DNA of 22,985 nt from Armatimonadota bacterium (GTDB lineage: Bacteria > Armatimonadota > Armatimonadia > Armatimonadales > Armatimonadaceae), in contig JAYUUO010000280.1 in NCBI GenBank assembly GCA_043754515.1, forward strand, positions 1 to 22,985, given 5' to 3'. The position numbers and the translations under genes were made by a program. Under the pieces are notes generated by a model. It did no database searches. It saw nothing but the letters and a program-made list of their open reading frames with translations, and had not been told where the DNA came from. Each line of letters opens with the position of its first letter. Position 1 is the first letter of the stretch. Positions 15,719 through 22,985 of the stretch are shown here, in pieces.

Positions 15719-17056
15719 ATGGAAAACAGTTCAGGCGAAGGCATCAGCGGCGTCGGCGGGCGCAGTATCAGCATACGCGGCGGGCGACGCCTCGTCGGAA
15801 CCGTGCCCATCGGGGGGTCTAAAAACGCCGCCGTCGCTTTAATGGCGGGCGCGCTCCTCGCCGAATCGGGTGATACGGTGCTGACCAACGTCCCGCGCAT
15901 CTCCGACATCGAAACCCTCGCCGAACTCCTCTGCCGCCTCGGTGCCACGGTCGCCTTCGAGGGAGACGGGCACACCGTCCGCATCAACGCCTCCGGACTG
16001 CGCGAGTTTGAAGCCCCCATTGACTTGGTCGCCCGTATGCGCGCCTCGTTCTGGGTGCTCGGTCCCGTACTCGCCCGACTCGGGAAGGCGGTCATCCCGC
16101 AACCGGGGGGCTGCAACATCGGCGCGCGGGCGGTTGACTTGCACCTCAAAGGCATGGAGGCACTCGGCGCGACCGTGGAGAGCGAACACGGCGCGATTCG
16201 GGCGGATGCGCCGAAGGGCGGGTTGCGTGGTGCGAACATCTACCTGGATCTGCCCTCCGTCGGCGCGACCATGAACGTAATGATGGCGGCGACGCTGGCG
16301 CGGGGCGTGACGATCATCCAGAACGCGGCGCAGGAGCCGGACGTCGAAAACCTGGGTGACCTGCTCGCGGCGATGGGCGCGGATATTTCGGGGCAGGGCA
16401 CGGGAGCCATCACCATTCGCGGCGTCAAAGCATTACACGGCGCGGCGTTCGCGGTGATGCCCGACCGGATTGAGGCCGGGACGTTCGCGGCGGCGGCGGC
16501 GATCACCGGCGGCGATGTGCTACTGCTCCACGCGAACGCCGCGCACTTGCGCCCGGTGCTGTTCAAACTGGCCGAAATGGGCGTCGGCGTCGAGGAGACA
16601 AGGAACGGGGTGCACGTGCGCGGCAAGGAGACGGGCCGCCTGAAGGAAACGCGCCTGACCGCGATGCCGCACCCAGGGTTCCCAACCGATCTTCAACAGC
16701 CGTTCACGTCTGTACTCGCGCTCGCGGATGGCACCTCGGTCGTCACCGACACGGTGTACGAATCGCGGTTTCATTACCTGACGGAACTCGCCAAACTCGG
16801 CGCGAAAATATCGGCGGATGGCGGGCGGCAGGCGATCATCACTGGCATCCCGCGCTTCTCCGGCGCGACGGTGCGGGCGACCGACCTGCGTGCCGGAGCC
16901 GCGCTGATCGTCGCAGCACTCGCGGCAGAGGGCGAAACCCGCATCCACGACACGTTCCATGTCGAGCGCGGCTACGAGAACATAGTAGGCAAACTGCGCG
17001 GCCTCGGCGCGGAGATCGAGCGCGGGGACGAGTCGGGGAACGCACTCGCCGACTGA
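15719..17056 (+). CDS. murA: UDP-N-acetylglucosamine 1-carboxyvinyltransferase
   Basis: GSKNAA, RMRASFWVLGP, PGGCNIGARAVDLH (catalytic Cys present), PSVGAT, NAAQEP, PDRIEAGT, PGFPTDLQ, TDLRAGAAL, RGYE. Start ATG 15719 (or GTG 15716) after SD GGAGG. Confidence 0.98.
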   Translation: MENSSGEGISGVGGRSISIRGGRRLVGTVPIGGSKNAAVALMAGALLAESGDTVLTNVPRISDIETLAELLCRLGATVAFEGDGHTVRINASGLREFEAPIDLVARMRASFWVLGPVLARLGKAVIPQPGGCNIGARAVDLHLKGMEALGATVESEHGAIRADAPKGGLRGANIYLDLPSVGATMNVMMAATLARGVTIIQNAAQEPDVENLGDLLAAMGADISGQGTGAITIRGVKALHGAAFAVMPDRIEAGTFAAAAAITGGDVLLLHANAAHLRPVLFKLAEMGVGVEETRNGVHVRGKETGRLKETRLTAMPHPGFPTDLQQPFTSVLALADGTSVVTDTVYESRFHYLTELAKLGAKISADGGRQAIITGIPRFSGATVRATDLRAGAALIVAALAAEGETRIHDTFHVERGYENIVGKLRGLGAEIERGDESGNALAD

Positions 17057-17068
17057 GGCCCGCTCTTT

Positions 17069-17320
17069 TCGCGGGATTTGGACGGTGGTCGTGACCCCTC
17101 TCCCCCCAGCCCCCTCTCCCCATGTGCCATGGAGAAAGGGAAGCACATCCGAGGTTGTCAGCAGGCGCGAAGGTTCTCCCAGCGGCGGGCACAAACTCAC
17201 AGTCGGTATGGGTTATGTGCGGATGACACTCCCCTGCGGATGTGCTCCCCCTTTCTCCATGGCACATGGAGAGAGGAGGCTGGGGGGAGAGGGGTCACGA
17301 CCATCGCCCAAACCCCACGA
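17069..17320. repeat. ~250-bp inverted-repeat element (REP doublet / MITE-like)
   Basis: Core arms 17077-17151 and 17237-17312 are reverse complements with about 5 mismatches and 1 indel, extendable to 17069/17320. Each arm contains the internal palindrome CCCTCTCCCCATG-TGC-CATGGAGAAAGGG; spacer ~85 bp. Confidence 0.9.
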
Positions 17321-17326
17321 CAACTG

Positions 17327-18082
17327 CTAACCAACCACGGCGACAGCAGCCCGATACTCGTCTTCGGCCCCTACCTGGTACACAACCTCAACCGCATAGA
17401 CCCGAACATCCGTCCCCGCCCCACCTTCTTCGACCCGGAACGGTAGCGAAAGATCATTGCCCGGCTCGGCCACACTCACGCGGCTCAACTCGGCCCCAAT
17501 CCCGGTACCGACCGCCTTGAGATAAGCCTCCTTGCGCGCCCAGAGCGAGAAGAACAGGTCGTGATGGCGCGGAGGCTGAGTCTGCCGGAACAGCGCGGCT
17601 TCCGTCGGCGAGAGCCAGTCGGCGATCATCGCTTCGAGCGGGATGTCGGGCTGTACGCGCTCGATGTCCACCCCGACTGGATGCGACGGCGAAACCGCGA
17701 TCAACGCCGCCGCGCCGGAGGAACTGGTGCTGAAGTAGAGCGGCGGTTGGCCGTCCGTTACGAGTTCCGGCTTGCCCGTATCGTCGTACCGGAACCGGAT
17801 CGCCTCGGGTGCCGTGTCGCGAAGTAGCGAGAGAACCTGACGCAGTAGCCCGCGCCGCGCCACGAACCGGTCCCGTTGCTCAGGAATAGCGTACCGCGCC
17901 GCCCGTTGCCGTTCGTCGGGCGCGAGCGTGCGCCAAAGGTCGTCGCACGTCGTCCCCAATCGGTCGAGGCCGAATTGTAGGACGAGAACGCCGCCCTCAT
18001 GGAAGACGACACGCCCGTCAGTCGCAGTTATTGACGACCTGGCTACTTGATCGTCCGCGTCGTCAAGCGGTGGGCGCGGCAT
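17327..18082 (-). CDS. Sfp-type 4'-phosphopantetheinyl transferase
   Basis: LAPDERQRAARY, RGLLRQVLS, GKPEL, VGVDIE, FFSLWARKEAYLKAVGTG. Overlaps the NRPS 3' end by 20 nt. Confidence 0.93.
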   Translation of the reverse strand: MPRPPLDDADDQVARSSITATDGRVVFHEGGVLVLQFGLDRLGTTCDDLWRTLAPDERQRAARYAIPEQRDRFVARRGLLRQVLSLLRDTAPEAIRFRYDDTGKPELVTDGQPPLYFSTSSSGAAALIAVSPSHPVGVDIERVQPDIPLEAMIADWLSPTEAALFRQTQPPRHHDLFFSLWARKEAYLKAVGTGIGAELSRVSVAEPGNDLSLPFRVEEGGAGTDVRVYAVEVVYQVGAEDEYRAAVAVVG

Positions 18083-21000
18083 GTGCCCGCCGCTCTTCGC
18101 TTTGCGACTGCGCCGGCGACCCGGCCCAGGTTGTGTTAGCGGGCAATCTTTCCCCGCGCATCACGAGCGAAACGTGATCCACGCGCGAACCCGGTTCCAG
18201 CACGGTGTCGAACAGCACGACCGAATAGTTGCCGACCGAACAACGGTCGCCGACCGATACGGGCCCGACCTTCATCATTCGGTCCTCGAACAAGTGCGCC
18301 TGGAGCGGCGCGTTGAAGTTAATCGCCGCGTCCTCGCCGATATGGAGCAGGTCGAACTCGGTCAGGTCGGTGGTATCAATGAACGCGCGGTCGCCGATCT
18401 TCGCCCCCATGAACCGCAGTAACCGGCTGAAGTACTCGGTCCCGGTCAGCGAGGAGACGAACAGCGCGGCGGCGAAGTCGTGGAAGAACATCGAGAACGT
18501 TTCCGAGTTCCAGACGTAGCGGCTCCAGAGCGGCTCCGTACGCGCGCGATAGGTACCAATGAACCCTCGCTTCGCGAGCCACAGGAAGCCGATGCCGACC
18601 AGCGACGCCGCCACATAAAGTACCGGGATCGCGGCGACCGCGACCCCGAGCGACGCGCTATGCCAGACCCGGAAGAAACTCTGCGTGAGGAAGAACGCGA
18701 TCAGGATCATCGCCAGGTTCGGTAGCAATATGCGCAGGGTCTCCCACGCCAGCCGCTCGGCGTAGAGCGCGGCGGTCGGCGCGTAGGTGCGCCGGGGGTC
18801 GGCGTCCACGGCGTGCTGACGGCGGTGCAGACGGAAGGCGGGGGAGCCGAGCCAGGATTGGCCGGGTTCGCGCCCCGTTTCACTCTCGCGCGGGCAGACG
18901 GACAGCGCGCCGAGCAGACTACCGTCAGGCACGTTCGCTCCTTGCGGCACCACGGAGTTATTCCCGATGAACGCCCGCCGCCCGATGATGGTCGGCTCCA
19001 GATGAATCAGACCGTTGCGGCTACACGGTAGGCCGATAGACAGGTCGCTGGCGAGGAAGCTCTCCTCACCGAGTTCTATCAGGTCGTAGGGCAGGCGCGA
19101 CGGGAGCGCGATCTCGACGCGCGGGCCGCACTTCATGCCGAGCGCAATGCACCAGGGCCGCGTGTAGAGCGTGTCGTAGATGGGCATCAGCGTGCCCTTG
19201 TGCAGGTCCATCAGCTTGTCCACGAACCACTTGCGGAGCGCGAAGAAGCCGTGCGTGGAATAGGTGCCCGCCCTGACCCGCCCGATCACCAGCCACTTGA
19301 CGAGCAGGATCTGCACGCACACGACCGCGATCAGCGAAAAGGCATAGGCAGGCGTGGTCAGCAAAGCGGTGACGCGGATCCCGCCCAGCCCCGAAGCGTT
19401 ACCCGCGTCGTTCAGCCGGTTTAGCAGGAGCGCGGTGCCACAGAACGGTGCCAGCTCGATGAACGGCAGGACCATCAGGAGCAACATCTGGCACAGCCCG
19501 TACCCCGCCCGCGTCGCGGGTGTCGGCTGTTTCGCCGGGTCATACGGCCGCTCCCGCGCGAAGTCGCGGGGCCGGGCGGGCGATCCCGCCCATTCCTCGC
19601 CGTCGGGGATGACGATACCCGTGCCCGCGCATGAGAGGTCGGCGAGCGTCGCCCCCGTGCCCAGTACCGCGCCCCCGGCGACTCCCGAGCGTACCCCTAT
19701 CAGAGTGCCTCGCCCGATGCGTATAGGTCGTAGCTGGAGCCACCCGTCCGCGACCCACGAGGCGCGAACCCAGGCCAGGCTCTCGACGTTGGTGTCGGAG
19801 CCGATCTCGATCAGGTCGGGGCAATCCACCTCCAGTGAGTCGAACAATACGTTGTGCCCGACCTTCGCGCCCAGCATCCGCAGGTAGACCGAGGCGAGCG
19901 GGGTCCCCGTCAGGTAGTCTTTTGGCGCGAGGTCGAAAAGCCGTTGCACGAGCCACCAGCGGACGAAGTAGCCGCCCCACATCGGATACTCCCCGGCGCG
20001 GAACCGCCCGACCAGTAGCCACTTCGCCGCGACAGTGAACAGCAAGATTACCGGGATCGAGATGGCGTGCAGCAGTAGTCCGGCACCGACCGACACCAGC
20101 GGGGAGTAGCCGAGTCCGTCGCAGTAGTCGGCGGCAACGATGGGCGCGAGCCAGAACAACGCCTTGCAGAAAAATAGGAACAGGATCCCGAGACCTTGCC
20201 AGAGCGTCGCCACGGCGTACCGTTCTCGCGGCACGGGCGCGAAGCCATGCGCCGCGTTCCCCGGTCGCCCCGCGCCACCCGGCGTCGCGCTGTCCGTACG
20301 TGTGCCGACAACGGGGCGCGGCATCTGTGAGTCCAGGTAGCCCGCGAACTTCTCCAGCGTCGGGTGCTCGTAAATGGCACGCACTGACGCGCCAGGGAAC
20401 CCGTGTTCGTGCCGGAGCAGGGACATGAACCGTGTCGCTAGCAGGGAGTAGCCGCCTAGGTCCAGGAAGAAATCGTCGGTGACCGACAGCACCGCGTCCG
20501 GGAACAGCATTTGCCATACGCCGAACAGCAACTTCTCGCTGGCGGTGCGCGGCAGGACAACCAGCCGCTCCGCTTTCAGCGCGGTGCCGGACAGGGATTG
20601 CACGGCGCGGCGGTCAATCTTGCCACTCGGTAGCACCGGGAGCCGTTCGACCACTTCCAGCGTTTGCGGGATCATATATGCGGGCAACGACTGCCGAAGC
20701 CGCGCGAAACAGCCCTCCGCGTCGACAGTAAGACCGGTTTTAGGCACTAATAAAGCGACTAGCGCGGCGGACGGCGTGTCGGCACGGCGGACGATCACCG
20801 CGACCGAGCGCACGGCATCCTCGCTCATCAGGTGGCTTTCGATATCGGAAAGCTCGATCCGGTAGCCGCGCACCTTGATTTGTCCGTCCATGCGGCCCAG
20901 CCACTCGATGTCGCCGTCCTCATTCTCGCGTGCGCGGTCGCCGGTGCGGTACAATATATCGTTATTGCAACCGGGCAAGACGAACGGATTCGGCAGGAAC

Positions 21001-22202
21001 TTCTCGGCGGTCAGGGCGGGGTTGCCGAGGTAGCCGGACGATAGCCCGACGCCCGCGATGCACAGCTCGCCTTCCTCGCCGGGCGCACGGGGTTGCAACC
21101 GCTCATCGAGCACGTAGCAGTAGTAGTTCGGGAGCGGCTTGCCAATAGTTACTGTCTCGCCGGGGGAGCAGAGCGCGAACGTCGCGCCCACGGTCGCCTC
21201 GGTTGGCCCGTAGGTGTTGATGATCTCGCGGCCTGGCCGCCACCACCGCTGAATTAGGTCGGGCGGGCAACGCTCGGCACCGAACAGGATCCGGCGCAGG
21301 GACGGCACGTCGCCCTCCACCATAGACAGCAGGGTCGGGGCGCAGGAGATGATCGAAACGCCGTGGCGGATCAGGAACGCCTCCAGATCCTGCCCCGAGT
21401 GGACGTCGTCCGTTGTCGCGACGACCAGAATCGCCCCGGCGAGGAGAGTGGGCCAGACCTCCTCGTGGTGGCCATCGGACGCGGGCGAGAACCCCTGGAA
21501 CACGCGGTCGTCGCCGTCCACGCGGATGCAAACCCCCTGGTTCCCCTGGACGAAGTTGCTCAGGCTCCGGTGCGTAATGGGAACGCCTTTAGACCGCCCC
21601 GTGGTACCGGACGTGAAGATTGTGTACGCGACGTCGTTTGCGGATAGGCCGATTTCGCCGGGGAGGAACGGGTCGGAGGAGTTGCGGTCTGCCTGACCGA
21701 GCAGTTCGGCGAGGAGCATTTCTTCGGGGGCGGCATCGCCCGCGCCAGGCTCGTCTGGTGTGGCCGACGAAGGCGTAACGCGCTTCTCGCGGATGACAAG
21801 GCGCGGCGAGGCATCTTCGAGACACAGGCGTACGCGTTCGGCGGGGGACTCCGAGTCGAGCGGCACGTACGCCGCCCCAGCTTTGAGAACGGCGATCAGC
21901 GCGAGGATCGTGTTAACGCCGCGCGGCAGGACGAGCGCGACCGCGTCACCGCGCCGGATGCCGCGTGCGCGGAGCACCCGCGCCATGCGGTTGGTCTGCG
22001 ATTCGAGGTCGGCGTACGTGATTTCCACGCCCGCCGCGATAATAGCGACTTTTTCCGGCTCGCTGTTCGCCCAGTGACGGAGCGGCGAAAACACAAACTC
22101 CGCAGTTAAACTCCGGGCGTTAGGGGAGGATTCTTTCAGTAATGCGAACGGTTCGGAACGGAATCTACCCCCCGTGGTGGGCTTTTCAAGAGTGCTTAAC
22201 AT
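18063..22202 (-). CDS. Pls/PosA-family membrane-bound single-module NRPS (A-T-[TM/C-like]x3), putative homopoly(amino acid) synthetase
   Basis: A-domain motifs AYTIFTSGTTGRSKG, NTYGPTEAT, GELCIAG, YRTGD, QIKVRGYRIEL, SGKIDR. T domain DDFFLDLGGYSL (Ser codon 20445-20447). Three TM-pair + hexapeptide-like repeats (GEYPMWG...LGAKVG; GTYSTHG...LGMKCG; TEPLWS...MGAKIG...QAHLFEDR). No canonical C or TE domain. Confidence 0.93.
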   Translation of the reverse strand: MLSTLEKPTTGGRFRSEPFALLKESSPNARSLTAEFVFSPLRHWANSEPEKVAIIAAGVEITYADLESQTNRMARVLRARGIRRGDAVALVLPRGVNTILALIAVLKAGAAYVPLDSESPAERVRLCLEDASPRLVIREKRVTPSSATPDEPGAGDAAPEEMLLAELLGQADRNSSDPFLPGEIGLSANDVAYTIFTSGTTGRSKGVPITHRSLSNFVQGNQGVCIRVDGDDRVFQGFSPASDGHHEEVWPTLLAGAILVVATTDDVHSGQDLEAFLIRHGVSIISCAPTLLSMVEGDVPSLRRILFGAERCPPDLIQRWWRPGREIINTYGPTEATVGATFALCSPGETVTIGKPLPNYYCYVLDERLQPRAPGEEGELCIAGVGLSSGYLGNPALTAEKFLPNPFVLPGCNNDILYRTGDRARENEDGDIEWLGRMDGQIKVRGYRIELSDIESHLMSEDAVRSVAVIVRRADTPSAALVALLVPKTGLTVDAEGCFARLRQSLPAYMIPQTLEVVERLPVLPSGKIDRRAVQSLSGTALKAERLVVLPRTASEKLLFGVWQMLFPDAVLSVTDDFFLDLGGYSLLATRFMSLLRHEHGFPGASVRAIYEHPTLEKFAGYLDSQMPRPVVGTRTDSATPGGAGRPGNAAHGFAPVPRERYAVATLWQGLGILFLFFCKALFWLAPIVAADYCDGLGYSPLVSVGAGLLLHAISIPVILLFTVAAKWLLVGRFRAGEYPMWGGYFVRWWLVQRLFDLAPKDYLTGTPLASVYLRMLGAKVGHNVLFDSLEVDCPDLIEIGSDTNVESLAWVRASWVADGWLQLRPIRIGRGTLIGVRSGVAGGAVLGTGATLADLSCAGTGIVIPDGEEWAGSPARPRDFARERPYDPAKQPTPATRAGYGLCQMLLLMVLPFIELAPFCGTALLLNRLNDAGNASGLGGIRVTALLTTPAYAFSLIAVVCVQILLVKWLVIGRVRAGTYSTHGFFALRKWFVDKLMDLHKGTLMPIYDTLYTRPWCIALGMKCGPRVEIALPSRLPYDLIELGEESFLASDLSIGLPCSRNGLIHLEPTIIGRRAFIGNNSVVPQGANVPDGSLLGALSVCPRESETGREPGQSWLGSPAFRLHRRQHAVDADPRRTYAPTAALYAERLAWETLRILLPNLAMILIAFFLTQSFFRVWHSASLGVAVAAIPVLYVAASLVGIGFLWLAKRGFIGTYRARTEPLWSRYVWNSETFSMFFHDFAAALFVSSLTGTEYFSRLLRFMGAKIGDRAFIDTTDLTEFDLLHIGEDAAINFNAPLQAHLFEDRMMKVGPVSVGDRCSVGNYSVVLFDTVLEPGSRVDHVSLVMRGERLPANTTWAGSPAQSQSEERRAHAAPTA

Positions 22203-22489
22203 GAGTGTGAACGGGATCTTCCCTTCGCTAGTGCGGACGGGAGCCGAAAATGATTCCCGCGCCGCGCTTGTTTATTGCCGTGTTGAGAAGTCACCGTGAT
22301 CGAATCTGCGAGCCAATTACCTTCTATGACCAATGATTAAGACGTGGGGTTGCCGCCGATGTTCGGAGAGGGGGCGAAACTCTAGCGGTACCGCGCCGCG
22401 CCGCGGAGCGAACGTGTGGCAACCCACGTGGGAAAGAACACACGTCGGCTGATAGGACACATCCCCCGGCCACTTATCGGATCAGCGGC

Positions 22490-22741
22490 ATGGATTATCA
22501 GATCGTTTTGTTTATACTAGCATCCTCCAACACGGGTGATACAGTGGTTGATCCGTTCAGCGGGTCAGGTACGACCTCGGTAGTGGCCGAGCAACTAGGA
22601 CGCAGGTGGAAATCGTGTGATCTGTCCGCTGAGTACTTGCAGTGGGGTATTGACCGAATCGAGCTAGTCGAACAATGGTCGGTCGAAAAATGGATCAAGT
22701 ACGACCAGGAAAACGCCCGCCGCAGGAAATCTATTCGATGA
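22490..22741 (+). pseudogene. C-terminal fragment of a beta-class N6A/N4C DNA methyltransferase
   Basis: ILASSNTGDTVVDPFSGSGTTSVVAEQLGRRWKSCDLSAEY is SAM-binding motif I. No DPPY/SPPY motif exists in the upstream frame, which closes at TGA 22334-22336. Confidence 0.8.
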
Positions 22742-22760
22742 CACTTTCAGACTTGGTAAC

Positions 22761-22985
22761 TCACCTTACGCAGTTAGACTTTGGTAGAATGGCATAGCCG
22801 CCCCTGCGGCGTCTCCTGCCGTGACCGAACGCAACCGACGACGACTCGACTTATATACGGATTATTTGCTCATCTCGTTTGGGCAGGCCACCGCGATCGG
22901 CCTCGCCGCCCTCCTGCCCCAGGTGGTCAGCCATGACCAGGTGACCCGATTTCTATCGGGCAACGAGTTCGACGGGAAGGACTTG
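22761..22985 (+). mobile_element. IS701-family insertion sequence, left end (runs off the window)
   Basis: TTACGCAGT at 22766-22774 resembles IS701-group terminal repeats as I recall them. TGG-TAGAAT -10 at 22782-22790, and a transposase ORF follows. The exact left boundary is uncertain by a few nt. Confidence 0.7.
22821..22985 (+). CDS. IS701-family transposase, N-terminal part (not in the supplied ORF track)
   Basis: Manual translation from GTG 22821: MTERNRRRLDLYTDYLLISFGQATAIGLAALLPQVVSHDQVTRFLSGNEFDGKDL. The Y-x-D-Y-L...T-A...SHD-x-V-T-R-F-L...L(W) pattern is characteristic of IS701 transposases. Confidence 0.8.
   Translation, partial: MTERNRRRLDLYTDYLLISFGQATAIGLAALLPQVVSHDQVTRFLSGNEFDGKDL

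Noticed and set aside
16100..16145. Fosfomycin-resistant MurA variant
   Set aside because: The active-site Cys is retained (PGGCNIG), not replaced by Asp.
17069..17320. CRISPR array, or small proteins (ORFs 17078-17446, 17085-17330, 16839-17267)
   Set aside because: The repeats are inverted rather than direct with spacers, and there are no cas genes. The ORFs are translations of the palindrome (PLSPCAMEKG-type peptides).

Overview
GC-rich bacterial chromosomal window. The Lpt/Mla envelope genes and rplI-dnaB linkage suggest a diderm Terrabacterium, possibly Armatimonadota; this is inference, not proven. The left two-thirds is mostly housekeeping. It starts with the end of a fasciclin gene, followed by a minus-strand run ilvE-mlaE-mlaF-mlaD-rplI-dnaB-hypothetical-lptC-like. 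dnaB carries a 243-aa endonuclease-less intein in its P-loop, and a doubly broken DUF429-like nuclease pseudogene sits between rplI and dnaB. Further right are hemB, an orphan gene, a LolA-fold/TlpA fusion, a stand-alone PD-(D/E)XK-like gene, dgt, a VF530/DUF2132 gene and murA. The right third looks accessory. It holds a ~250-bp inverted-repeat REP-doublet/MITE-like element and a two-gene Pls/PosA-type membrane-bound single-module NRPS plus Sfp-type PPTase. Upstream of the NRPS are a structured region, a decayed methyltransferase (R-M) remnant and the left end of an IS701-family element. Best leads: (1) the homopoly(amino acid) synthetase with a non-canonical adenylation pocket (SDGHH in place of FDxS); (2) a long MlaD with a C-terminal beta-barrel-like domain in a three-gene MlaEFD system; (3) the repeat family with copies at ~4.0 kb and ~17.1-17.3 kb. 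No rRNA, tRNA or CRISPR array was recognised.
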